DNA from: Octopus vulgaris
Taxonomy: Eukaryota
Reading direction: 5' to 3'
Assembly (NCBI GenBank): GCA_951406725.2
Contig: OX597825.1
Location: 56,048,001-56,112,000 of the forward strand
DNA length: 64,000 nucleotides
The translations under genes and the position numbers were made by a program. Below the pieces are notes generated by a model, which worked only from the letters and a program-made list of their open reading frames with translations, ran no database searches and was not told where the DNA came from. Position 1 is the stretch's first letter; each line of letters begins with the position of its first letter. Shown here one piece after another: positions 25,742 through 38,228 of this stretch.

Positions 25742-26728
25742 CATACACACACACATACATACATACATACATACATATATACATACATACATACATACAT
25801 ACTTAGACGTTTTTGCGTGTGAGTGTGTATACAAACCAAAAGAGTGAGATACACATATAGACAATAACAAAGCATAGAGCGATATGTAAAGAATAAGTAG
25901 TAACAGCGTTGGAAAAAGTGGAGGAATTAATAGATTCTCATATTGCGTGTTGCTTAAGACTTTGAATGGAAACAGCTGTAAGCTAATCAACTTAATTACG
26001 TAACTGGTGTTTCTTTGATATAGGGATAATAGTAAGTGAATTTGAGAGAGGGAGGGAAAGACTGTATTTAAATGCATGTGTGTGTATATTTGTATGTGTG
26101 TGTGTGTGTGTGTGGCCAGGAAACTATATATTCCAACGGAAAATTTTGACAATAATATAACGTTTAAGTGATGCTGCCGCGCACCAAAATATATGTACTG
26201 AACGCTAACGATATTCATGTGAACATAGGAAACACTGATTCGTTAATATACTCTCAGACGATTTCTCCAGCAAGAAACCTAAAGTAATCATAAAAGAACC
26301 AAATATGCATACATAAATACATACATAAATTCATACCTACATAATACATTCATACATACATACATACATACATACATACATACATACACATTTGCACACA
26401 TGTATAAATAGAGTGGGTAGTTAGGTGTTTGTTTATTAAAACCGATTTTTGGTATGTCGTGCAAAGTTGTTTACATATTTGTGAATGTGAGCCTGCTTTA
26501 TCTACGCGTCTCTGCTTTAGTTTATGTAAATTTATGCTATTATATTACGTCTGTGTATGTATTTAAAAGTAAATATGTATCTAAAGGTAAATATTCACAC
26601 ATAAATATACGCGTGCCTAGAAATATATGTATACATACGTGTTTGTGTTTGTGTATATATGTATGTATTCATGTATGTATGTATGCATATATATATATGT
26701 GTATATATATATAAATATATATATAATA

Positions 26729-26776
<48 letters not shown>

Positions 26777-26964
26777 AGACGAGGAAAATAAACGAAGTGA
26801 TATACGCGCTATAGTGAACACAATAAGATCGTTGTCAACTTCTATTACGTACCGGCATTGATAGAATTTTTAGAACATCCGAAACTGCCGATACACGTGT
26901 AAATATACTTCAAATTGCGCAATTCTCAGAATAAACTTCATTGATAATGAAATTCAGAAGAGGT

Positions 26965-27022
<58 letters not shown>

Positions 27023-27820
27023 CATTTACAACACACATATGTTACACACACACAAACATATATATGTATATATATGTATGTATGTGTATGAACATACTCT
27101 AACGCACATAATAAATATGCCAATATGTACGTCTGCTTCACGGTATTTCTGCTTTTGTGTATCTGTGTTAGCGCTGCTCATAAGAATATCTAGAAATGAT
27201 GCATACAAATACATTTGCTCTTACGAATTCGTTCCTAAATATATTCCTTCGCATAAAAAAAAACGACAACATATACACACTCATTCAAAAAGACATGCAC
27301 ACTCATAACTACATACCTACACAGACATATACAAATAGTCACATGGAATATGTGTTTGCACATCAGACCTAATAGCTTGCTAGCGGCTTGTATTATAATT
27401 TATAAGAAATTTCACTAAAATCTCAATATGTTTCACAGTGATCCTGTAAAAGAAACTGTTATATTGCAGACGTCATTACGAAAACAAAAATTATAAAGAA
27501 AAAAACAAATTATTTTTGGCAATCAGTTATCAAAATTTAGTTTCTACTTATTTTTGTAGTTCTAGTTTTAGAAAGAAATATATTGATTGAGACACTGAAT
27601 AAAATCGCGTTTCTTCTTCATTATGTTAAGTTCATTGTTGTAGCACAGATTTGCTAGCTAGCGAATCACTGTGAACACGTCTAAGTTACAGAACTGTGTT
27701 GTCTGAAAGAAAACGAAACGCAAAAACAAAGAAAGAAAAAAGAAACATTCAGTCAACAAGAGCAACGATGGCAGCTGCCGTGATATATTTCAATGAAAAA
27801 ATCTGTGGTATTGTTGTGTT

Positions 27821-28330
27821 CACTGATTTCACTGAAATTAAATGTGAGTTGGGGGGAGGCATGGTTGTTTTTATGGAATTTGAGGCGGGGTGTAAAATCA
27901 CTGATTTCAGTTAAATTTAATGTGTGGGACGTGGATGTTTTTCACTAATTTCAGTCAAATTGCATGTGTAGGATATGGCTGCTTTTACAATATTCCAAGC
28001 ATGAAACAAAAGCAAAATAAATAAATGCAAAGAAAATTTTTTAAATCACCGATTCCATGAAATTTCATGTGTAGGGTATGGCTGTTTTTACGTCATTCAG
28101 AACGGGGAGAAAAAATATTACTAGAGAATTCAATGAAATTGAATGCAAGGGTCGTGGCAGTTTTTACAGAGTTGGAAGCCATTTTTTAAAATATCACTAA
28201 TTTTAGTGAAATTAATCTGCGGAACGTGGTGGACTCTTTTTGAGATATAGCGGGCGGAAATATTTGCCGATTTCACTAAAATTAAAAGTATGGAGCATGG
28301 TGATTTTAGAGTATTCAGGGCGGGAAATAG
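27821..28330. repeat. Degenerate tandem array of about 7 units of 45-100 bp
   Basis: Recurrent cactgatttcaNtgaaattNaatgtgtagggcatggctgtttttac..attcagggcggg at about 27821, 27899, 27943, 28047, 28119, 28195 and 28265. Confidence 0.75.
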
Positions 28331-29034
28331 ATATGACTACAATTCTATGCTGTGCCAAATGAAAATTTTAGCAAAACAAAAACAGAAAAAGAAAAAGGAA
28401 AAAACTGAAGATATTTGATATGTGTTATCGGATTTCGCTAAAAGTCGCTTGATCGTGCAGACATAAATATTGATTCACTTTGGTAAAGGACAACACCAAC
28501 ATGTGTGAAAGAGTGGGAATGCAGTCAGTTAAAATCGATCCCATATATTATTACTGGTATTGTCTTTATTGACCACGAAGTAGTCAAAGATAAAATATAT
28601 TCTCAACAGAATTTCAATGCAAAATGTTAAGTAATACCAATAAATTTTGTATGGTATTTTCCTCTGGCACTCTACTACTTTCTCAACCTACATATATACA
28701 CATAGAGACTTGCACACAAGCAACACATATACATACATACATTTGTGTGTGTGTGTGTGTGAGAGAGACAGCGATAGAATACAACAGTTATCTATGAGCC
28801 ATACAAATAGCCACCTATTTATATACACCGTCGAGAAGCATGACGATGTGGATCTTCGTCTGCGAGAAAATCATTTCATAGACATTTTGTCTAAAGACAT
28901 AATACATATCGGAGCGAACAAAAATAATGTCCCGCCTGCTATTCACGAAAACTGTCTCGCTCTATATTATATATATATATATGTATGTATATAGATATAT
29001 GTATATATATGTATATATACATACATATATATTC

Positions 29035-29458
29035 TTACTTTATTCTTCTTTTACTTGTTACAGTCATCAGACAACGGCCATGCTGGGGCACCATCTTGAA
29101 GGACCTTAGTCTAAAGAAATAGACCTCCGGACTTTTGCTTTTAAGTCTGGTACTTATTTTATCGGCATATTGTGTCGAACCGCTAAGTTATGACGACGCG
29201 AAAAACACCAACACCGGTTTTCAAACGGTGAAGGGAAACAAACACAGACGCAAAGACTCACATAACACACACACACACACATATAACATATATACGACGA
29301 GCTTCTTTCAGTTTCCATCTTCCAATATCACGCAAAAGGCTTTGTTCTGTTCGTAACTATTGTAGAAGACACTGCCCAAGGTGCCACGCAATGGGATTGA
29401 ACCTGGAACCATGTGGTTGGGAAGCAAACCTCTCACCATACAGCCATGTATGCGCCTA
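29035..29458 (-). mobile_element. SINE family A, full length
   Basis: Aligns to the reverse complement of 45927-46340 from tail to head (…gccatgtatgcgccta). Confidence 0.9.
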
Positions 29459-29686
29459 TGTGTGTGTGTGTGTGTTTGTGTGTGTCTGTGTGTTGTTGGG
29501 TGAGCTATAAAAATCTTTTTTCAGCTTATGAAACTTCGAAATGTGGAAGGCCTACATCTTTCGACGCCAATAAATTATTTTCCTGGACGTTGTTTTTTAT
29601 ACCTACAACGAAATGCTGGAAACTTACAAACAGCCTATACTTAGATCCATGGATCTTATAATTACATACATATATACCTACATATA

Positions 29687-29722
<36 letters not shown>

Positions 29723-29791
29723 TGTATGTATGTATGTATGTATACTTCAAATTTACAGTAAAGACAAAGACTGAAAGAACAATAAGCAGGA

Positions 29792-29851
<60 letters not shown>

Positions 29852-29854
29852 GTA

Positions 29855-30140
29855 ATTAGGATAAATTCATCATTTAATGAATTTCTCAGTGGCCAGCACA
29901 CTAAAAATACCATAATGGTTAATTTATATTAAAATTATAATGGGGATGTTAAATGATTACAACACCAGTCTGCTAGAAATAGACCCCACCAATTGGTATA
30001 TGAACCACTTAGATTATTACTCCACTACACAATGTTGTAAGCTGTCTATTTTCCTCGCCTACAACCTTGTGTATTGGATTAATAATCTAAGTGTCTCATG
30101 GACCAGTTTGGGTCTATTTCTAGCAGTTTGGTGTTGTAAT
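29855..30140. repeat. Asymmetric fold-back element (arms 29956-30042 and 30057-30140) between (TA)n tracts
   Basis: attacaacaccagtctgctagaaatagaccc..cacttagattatta versus taataatctaagtg..gggtctatttctagcagtttggtgttgtaat; left extension resembles 23020-23070. Confidence 0.85.
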
Positions 30141-30144
30141 TTTT

Positions 30145-30460
<316 letters not shown>

Positions 30461-30461
30461 T

Positions 30462-30577
<116 letters not shown>

Positions 30578-30619
30578 TGTATATATATATACATATATAT
30601 ATAGGAACAAGATCTTAGA

Positions 30620-30715
30620 AATCGACCTCGGCGGAATTTGAACTCAGAAATAGCGACTGGGATATTCCGCTAAGCATTTCGACTAGCACGCTAACGATTC
30701 TGCTAGCTCGCCGTC
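30620..30715 (-). mobile_element. SINE family B head
   Basis: tcgacctcggcggaatttgaactcaga...cgctaagcatttcg...ctaacgattctgctagctcgccg. Confidence 0.85.
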
Positions 30716-31031
30716 TTTTGATGCTATAAATAATAACATTGACTGGGCTGAAAAACCCTTTTGAATGCCGAAGGATTTTCAACCCAATAACTACAAGGTA
30801 ATGTTTATAATATCATTATACGTGCTTCGAAATCAAAAGAGGAATCATTTCACGTTCTCGCGAAAGTTTATAAGTTCTTATGATGGCATCAATAAACGCG
30901 CGCGCGCGCGTATATTGCTTCGTTTCAACATGCCTATGCGTATGAAAGTATTTTTCTTGGGGCAAAATACAAACTCTCAACGGTGTATATAGGTTAAGTT
31001 TTGTTATATAGTTGTGTGCATTTATTTATAC

Positions 31032-31075
<44 letters not shown>

Positions 31076-31100
31076 TAATTTGTTTGTGTGTTTGAACATG

Positions 31101-31149
<49 letters not shown>

Positions 31150-31607
31150 GTGTGTGTCTGTGTCTGTGTATGTGCATACATATATATATATATATATATA
31201 GATTTTCTGCTGTCATACTTCATTCTATATATTAGAAATATAGTTTATTTAATTAAACTTGTGTTCACTGAGATCGAAACCAACATGGTATTTAAATATA
31301 CAGAAGATTTTATAATATCCTTTATTGAACACGGGTCGGCAGATTTCAAAATAAATTATATTTTCTCTGCAAGTTTTTAAATCCAATTGACTATTTAGAT
31401 TCTCTAATTAATAGTTCGAACCACACAAAGCGATATTCACAAAAACTAATTATATTCACGCTTTTGCGTATTGAGATCTTTGCTTCTCAACAACATGGTT
31501 TGGGTCAGACCTACTGTCTGATACATTAAGTTTTTTCTGCTATAGACATGGAGCCGATCAAACTCTTGTGAATAGGTTTACTAGCCAGAAACTGAAGGAA
31601 GCCTATC

Positions 31608-31665
<58 letters not shown>

Positions 31666-31763
31666 GTATGTATTTATGTATGTATGTATGTAGGCGCAGA
31701 AGTGGCTGTGTGGTAAGAAGCTTCTTCAGTTGTCGACTGTCCTTCTACTCCTTATTTTGAGAA

Positions 31764-31831
<68 letters not shown>

Positions 31832-31935
31832 GCTTCTTTGAGTTTTCGTTTTCCAAATTCAGTAACAAGGCTTTGGTAGGCCCGAGACTACAGTTGAAGG
31901 TAATGCACACACATACACACTCATATAATTATATA

Positions 31936-32001
<66 letters not shown>

Positions 32002-32946
32002 TATATACATCTGTATGCATGTGTTTTTGTGTCCCGGATGAACACTGAACTTGGTAAAGGTATGTAACTTTATATTACAATGCATATTATCTGGCTCTAT
32101 AACGTTTCTACCATTCACTAAGTGGTTTACATGTTTAATAATAGAGAAATATGCCATTGCATATTTATTGATAAATATTCGTATTCGTGTCTTGCAGCAG
32201 TGTTCATCACCGTCGACAGACGTCTGTGAACAGCGAACGTCGGTGAAATGTGAACGTTGGTGAAAGGTGAAAGCGGGTAGATGTTTGTCAACGTCAGTTA
32301 GACAGATGTGTAAATGAAAATAATGATCAGCCTTTTCGTGCGAAGATTAAGATACGTCCATTAATGAAACTTGAGCAATAGTAAACAAGTCAAAGGTGCA
32401 TTGATAATTCATTGCTTCATTGAAATAGTCCAGCGCATCTAGCTGTAAACAGGAACCACAATGCAATAAAATGCAATAAAACCTTGTTGTGTTAGTGAAC
32501 AAAGAACTTAACTGTGAAATATTAAACTCCAGCAAGTCGTAAATCAAAGTAGGAGCATGGTTCCTCAATAGAAACTTTTCTCTGACATTAACAAATGCCT
32601 CTACTCTTTATAGAACTATACTCCTATTTTGTATTAACAAATGGAACTGGTAAGATGAAAGTCCGATGATGCGCAGAAGGGACTAGGGCATCAATATCAT
32701 GTATTGAACCCTTGGATAAGCATGTGACATCTAGTATTTGAGTCCTACCGCTCATCATTCACCAAGGTCATGGGACAAATTAAGTAACCAGCAATGTTTC
32801 TGGTCGACCAATTTCCTAGAAATAGCTGTCAGATCGGCCTCGGATCGCGCCTCTATCATCGTAAATAAGGCCATATTGAATATTTTGCATACTGAAGCAT
32901 ACAAATATGGAGAGGTCACGACTGGAATACGTCAGGTTATAAAGCA

Positions 32947-33183
32947 CTGTCCGAACGGAGATGACCTACGACTTAAGAATAACAGCTTGCTGGATCAAGT
33001 ATGACCTGGGATTGAACAACGACAACAACAACAAAACTACTTTAGATCAGAGGTGATCCGGGGCCAAGAATTATCAACAGCAACAATATTGCAAGGTCTG
33101 CTTGATCAAGACTGACCTGGAGTTTTAAAACTAACTACAACTAATTATTGGTTTGCTGGTTCAAGGCTAACCTGGGATTAAAC
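32947..33183 (+). repeat. 4-5 degenerate copies of a roughly 30-bp motif with about 54-bp period and CAA-rich spacers
   Basis: tgctggatcaagtatgacctgggattgaac / tgcttgatcaagactgacctggagttttaaaac / tgctggttcaaggctaacctgggattaaac. Confidence 0.7.
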
Positions 33184-33480
33184 TGGCACTCTGTCGGTTA
33201 CGACGAGTGTTGCAGTTAATCCGATCAACAACAGCCTGCTCGTGAAATTAAGGTGCAACTGGCTGAGCATTCCATTGACATGCGTAGCCTTAATGTAGTT
33301 CTCGGGAAGATTCAGCATGACACAGAATGTGACAAGGCTGGCCCTTTGAATTACTGGTATTACGCATTTTTGTCAGCTGAGTGGACTGGAGTAATGTGAG
33401 ATAAAGTATCTTGCTCAAGGACACAATGCGCCACTGCATATCGAACTCACGATCGTGAGCCGAATTCCTTAACCACGCGT
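33184..33480 (-). mobile_element. tRNA-derived SINE family D (CORE-like body)
   Basis: Reverse complement cgtggttaaggaattcggctcacgatcgtgagttcgat..gcgcattgtgtccttgagcaagatactttatctcacattactccagtccactcagctg. Confidence 0.8.
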
Positions 33481-34536
33481 TTATACCCATTAAGGTGGGG
33501 CTCCAGCATGGACACAGTCAAATGACTGAAACAAGTAAAAGAATGAAAGAATATATATTTATACATATACACATACACACACACACACAAATGTCTCAGC
33601 CTCGCGTTTATACTCGGAATTAATCCACGAGAGGAGCAACAACAATACTGGGTGTATTGAATCAAAGATGATCTTGTGTTGAATAACAACATAGGTAATG
33701 GATTCTCTAGGAATGGCTCTTGTAAATATGAGGTCGATGCTAATATCGACAGGAAGAGCCACCTGTCTTAGGCTCGTGACCGTTACAAAACGCCACACTT
33801 GAAAGTTTATGCTTTTGGTATAAACGAACAGGAATTGACAACGAAATGTCTATTGACCAAAAGTTCAGATGCGACCATTACGTGTACGATGATCACACGT
33901 CATCAGTTGCTATGTCGAACTACGATTAAGGTGTTCCCTTTCAAAGTGGTATGATGGTGTTGCTGAAACAAAGTACACAACGATCAACTGGCAAGAAAAA
34001 AAATGCTCGGGGATACATAAAGAAAATGTTTTGGGAGTTTAATGAATAAATGTTTTTACAGGACGGAACATACCCGGCAAAACATCCACTAAAGTGAGTG
34101 CAAATATGACCTTTGTTTCTGTGAAACACAAAGATAAGTACTAAAACATTTAGAAACATTACCAAGTGCACAAAAAAATTATAGATACAAGTATGAATAT
34201 ATGACCAGTATTGAGATGGCTCTTGTCCATAAATAACAAGCGTATTATGGCTATATTGGGCCGAGAATGATGTATACCAACAGAAACCATCAATCTTGTA
34301 GTTATCAATATTTCTTTCAAAATCATTCAGAAACGAAAGATTTATGGACAAGACGTTCTCTGCTCAGATTACATAACTATATTCATATCTATAAGTAATG
34401 ATGTACTTCGCTATGTTACTAAACAACTACGCGTTAAGTTTGGAGGTTCCACGTAAAGACAGTGATTAGCTTACACGCGATATTCAAATGCAGTTTCTAC
34501 AAGAAATAGTACGAATTTGCAAAGCTATTCAAAAAC

Positions 34537-34700
34537 AGGCGTGGCTGTGTGGTAAGAAGCTTACTTCCCAACCACATGATTCCGAGTTCAGTTCCACTGC
34601 GTGGCGCCCTGAGAAGGTGTCTTCTACTATAGACTCGGGCCGTCCAAAGCCTTGTGAGTGAATTTGGTAGACGGAAACTGAAAGAAACCCGTCGTATATA

Positions 34701-34775
<75 letters not shown>

Positions 34776-35020
34776 GTGTGTGTGTATGCATGTATTTGTG
34801 CGTATGTGTCTTTCTATCTGTGTGTGTGTGTCTCCCAGCACCAACGCTAAACAACAGTTGTTGGTGTGTTTGCATTCCCGTAACTTAGCGGTTCGGCAAT
34901 AGTGATCAATAGAATAATACCGAGCTTTAAAAAAAGAAGTACTAGGTCGAATCACTCGACTAAAAGTTCAAGGCGGTGCCCCAGTATGGCCGCAGTCTAA
35001 TAACTGAAACAAGTAGAATG
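34537..35020 (+). mobile_element. SINE family A, full length, with expanded internal (TA)(TG) tract
   Basis: caggcgtggctgtgtggtaagaagcttacttcccaaccacatg...gaaacaagtagaat. Confidence 0.9.
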
Positions 35021-35145
35021 TATAAACGTTCCGCAAATGTTCTCAAGACGGTGATTTGTTTCTTTGCTTCGAAAGTAGCTGCTCCATTAAGGGACAACTA
35101 AGGTCAATCTAAAATACGCGCGAACACTCTTCACCTACGCGTGTG

Positions 35146-35226
<81 letters not shown>

Positions 35227-35479
35227 ATGTGTGTGTGTGTCTGTATATGTCTCTGTGCAAGTGTCTGTTGACTAAACACCACAGTTCCGTAGGCGTAGAA
35301 TACATTACATCAAACGTTGAGTGTCTAGTGCCAAAACCCTGATGATATGGCTGGGTTCCATGCCCACAAAACTTTATGCAATGTGCAACTGAGTCAAGTT
35401 TTCATCAGACATATACAATTCAGCCAAATACGTTTCTGTTCATGCAGCTGCGTTTGTGTCACTTTATATATATATACAT

Positions 35480-35680
35480 AATCAAAATAAGCATCAGGAT
35501 ATCAAGTAGTAATGCAGTGAGACCGCCTCAGGGGGCTCCATTAAATTGAACAATTAAAGAGAGTCGCTTGAAATGGTCGTATTGAATTACTACCTGATAT
35601 ACTGTTACTTATTTTGATTTTATTCACCTTACTTCGATTTGTGCAGGTAATACCAGACTGAATCTTAATTACTGATATAT
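35480..35680 (+). mobile_element. Penelope-like fold-back remnant (arms 35480-35516 and 35583-35619)
   Basis: aatcaaaataagcatcaggatatcaagtagtaatgca versus tgaattactacctgatatactgttacttattttgatt; gcttgaaatggtcgta corresponds to GAAAcGGCCgTA in the 41539 motif. Confidence 0.6.
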
Positions 35681-35720
35681 ATCTATATATATATGTATAT
35701 GTATACTTGACCTCAAAAGT

Positions 35721-36063
35721 GAAGGCGCATGGCTCAGTGGTTAGAGCGTCGAGCTTACGATCGTGAGGTTGTGAGCTCGAATCCCGGACCGGGCTGCGTG
35801 TTGTGTTCTCGAGCAAGGCACTTTATTTCACGTTGCTCCAGTTCACTCAGCTGTAGAAATGAGTTGCGACGTCACAGGTGCCAAGCTGTATCGACCTTTG
35901 TCTTTCCCTTGGATAACACTGGTGGCGTGGAGAGGGGAGGCTGGTATGCATGGGCGACTGCTGGCCTTCCATAAACAACCTTGCCAGGACTTGTGTCTAG
36001 GAGGGTAACTTTCTAGGTGCAATCCCATGGTCATTCATGACCGAAGGGGGTCTTTACCCTTAC
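35721..36063 (+). mobile_element. tRNA-derived SINE family C (CORE-like), full length
   Basis: A box tggctcagtgg, B-box-like gctcgaatccc, body ttgtgttctcgagcaaggcactttatttcacgttgctccagttcactcagctgtagaaatgag; second copy at 55750. Confidence 0.9.
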
Positions 36064-36109
36064 TTGACCTCAGGACTTATTCTTTGTAAGCTTAGAATTT
36101 AATTTGTCG

Positions 36110-36265
36110 GTATCTACTATTTCCTTATATTTAACTCTCTCATATCGTCTCTGATTATGGGATACCTGTTATATTCCTGAAACAGTTGTAAGACTACTTT
36201 TCTCTTTATAAATGTCCGAGAAATTTCACACTGCCTTGGCTTTGTTGTCTCATTTTATTTAACAC
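36110..36265 (+). mobile_element. Penelope-like pLTR fragment with mutated hammerhead at 36147-36194
   Basis: gtct CTGATtA tgggatac..tattcct GAAA c agtt g TA agac. Confidence 0.65.
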
Positions 36266-36304
36266 ACACACATACATCAAAAATTTAGAAAAAGTCCAAA
36301 GAAG

Positions 36305-36432
36305 GGAAGACGGAGAAAGAAAATCGCCAACAATACACACGCGGTCACAGGGGTTATATATATATATATATATATATATATAACCCCTGTGACCGCGTGT
36401 GTATTGTTGGCGATTTTCTTTCTCCGTCTTCC
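36305..36432. repeat. Perfect 128-bp palindrome centred on (TA)n
   Basis: ggaagacggagaaagaaaatcgccaacaatacacacgcggtcacaggggtta-(TA)n-exact reverse complement. Confidence 0.95.
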
Positions 36433-36449
36433 GTTATATATATATATAA

Positions 36450-36840
36450 CCCCTTCCAATGAGCAACACATAATCCACGGCTCCATACTCAGAAATGACT
36501 AAACACGAACTACTATTGGAATTTACACACGATCTACAGGAAACGTTTTTACCACTTCTATACACCACTTTCCTCGAATAATAGAACTGCAACTACAATG
36601 TTTTATATTTTACTTCTGCTTTCATTACCTTATTTCCCTTTATATTCCCTATCTCCTCTTTTTCCACAATAATTCCTTATTTCGAAATCAAACATTTACC
36701 TCTATTTAACCATCTCACATCGTCTCTGATGACAGGATATCCATAATATCCCAGAAACAGCTATAAAGCTATATCTATATCTTTTCCTTATAAATGTCCT
36801 GAAAACTCCTCACACCCTTGGCTTTGCTCTCTCTTTTTGT
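36450..36840 (+). mobile_element. Penelope-like 3' region/pLTR with mutated hammerhead at 36722-36770
   Basis: gtct CTGATGA caggatat ccata atatccca GAAA c AGCT a TA; downstream tataaatgtcctgaaaact..ccttggctttg duplicates 36207-36245. Confidence 0.65.
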
Positions 36841-36929
36841 CTATATATGTGTATATACGTGTATGTATGTATGTATGTATGTATGTATGTATGTATGTAT
36901 GTATGCATGTATGTATGTATGTATGTATG

Positions 36930-36981
<52 letters not shown>

Positions 36982-36985
36982 TATA

Positions 36986-38228
36986 TTGGGTTGTCCGGAA
37001 AGTTCATGCCGATTTATAGTAGCTTACTTTTCGACTTATTTTAGAACATGGCTGAGTCCATAAAATAGGGTTTGACGACACCTCCATTTAGATCACAGTT
37101 TAAGCTATCTTTTCGTGGAAGAAGGTTTATGTTCCTATAATCTATGTTAATTTTGTAACCCTTTAAAATGGAAGATAAGAAAGTTCATTTTCGGCACTTG
37201 CTTTTTTTTCCGTAAAGGGAAAAATGCCTCACAAGCAACCAAAGAAATATGTGCAGTTTACAGTGATATTTCTTTATCCGAAAGAAATGTGCGGAAGTGA
37301 TTCGCAAGGTTCCGAGCTGGAGATTGTAACATTATTGATAAAGAGCGATCAGGCAGACCATCCACTACAGATGATGACTAAATCAAGTCATTAATTGAGA
37401 ATAACCTACATTGCACAACCCGAGAATTGGCAGAAAGCCTCAATTTATGAAAATCCGTCGTTCATGAGCACCTGGTAAAGCTTGGGTACACAAATCGCTA
37501 CGATGTTTGGATACCAATATGATCGCAGTTTTTGATCGCATTTCCATCTGTGATTCACTTTATAAATGGAATGAAAACGCGCTTTTTTAAGCAAATTGTG
37601 ACAGGTGATGAGAAATGGATTATCTCCCGAAATGTTCACAGAAAGCGATCCTGCAGTAAGCGACATGAGCCACCCTTAACCACGCCAAAAGCGGGTCTTC
37701 ACCCTAAAACAGTCTTGCTTTGTGTCTGGTGAGATTGGAAAGGAATTCTGTACTATGAGCTTCTCCCAAGTAACCAGACAATTAATTCTGAGAACTATGC
37801 ACACAACTGGACTAGTTAAAAGCAGTAATTCAAGAGAAACGTCCAGAATTGGCCAACAGGAAGGGTGTTGTTTTCCAACATGATAATGCAAGGCCGCGCG
37901 TTTCCTTGGGAATCAGCTGGGATGTGTTACCCCACCCTCCATATTCACCAGATATTGCTCCTTCGGATTTCCACTTATTCAGGTCTCTGCAGAATGGTCT
38001 TAATGGTAAAAATTTCAATTCCTTGGATGACTTAAAAAGATACCTTGATGAATTCTTTGCCATGAAACTACCTCAATTCTGGAAGAGGGTATTTTCAAGT
38101 TAAAGGAAAGATGGAGACGCATCGGCAACAAAATGGTTCATATTTGGTTGACTAAAAATGTAATGGCAAGTATTTATTGACTTTTTTCTTTCCTTTAAAA
38201 ATCGGCACGAACTTTCCGGAAAACCCAA
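36986..38228 (+). mobile_element. Near-full-length mariner (DD34D-type) transposon, 1243 bp, TA target duplication
   Basis: TIRs ttgggttgtccggaaagttcatgccgattt / aaatcggcacgaactttccggaaaacccaa. Confidence 0.97.
37168..38155 (+). pseudogene. Mariner transposase pseudogene
   Basis: MEDKKVHFRH..., IVTGDEKWI, GLHPKTVLLCVW, FQHDNARP, YSPDIAPSDFHLF; several stops, frameshifts and deletions. Confidence 0.95.

Noticed and set aside
27821-28330. CRISPR array
   Set aside because: Units are degenerate with irregular spacing, and the linkers are themselves partly homologous.
32947-33183. CRISPR array
   Set aside because: Repeats are too diverged, spacers are low-complexity, there are no cas genes, and the context is eukaryotic.
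35725-35795. Functional tRNA gene (also 5623, 6518, 45927)
   Set aside because: These are tRNA-like heads that lack a well-paired cloverleaf; most continue into multi-copy SINE bodies.
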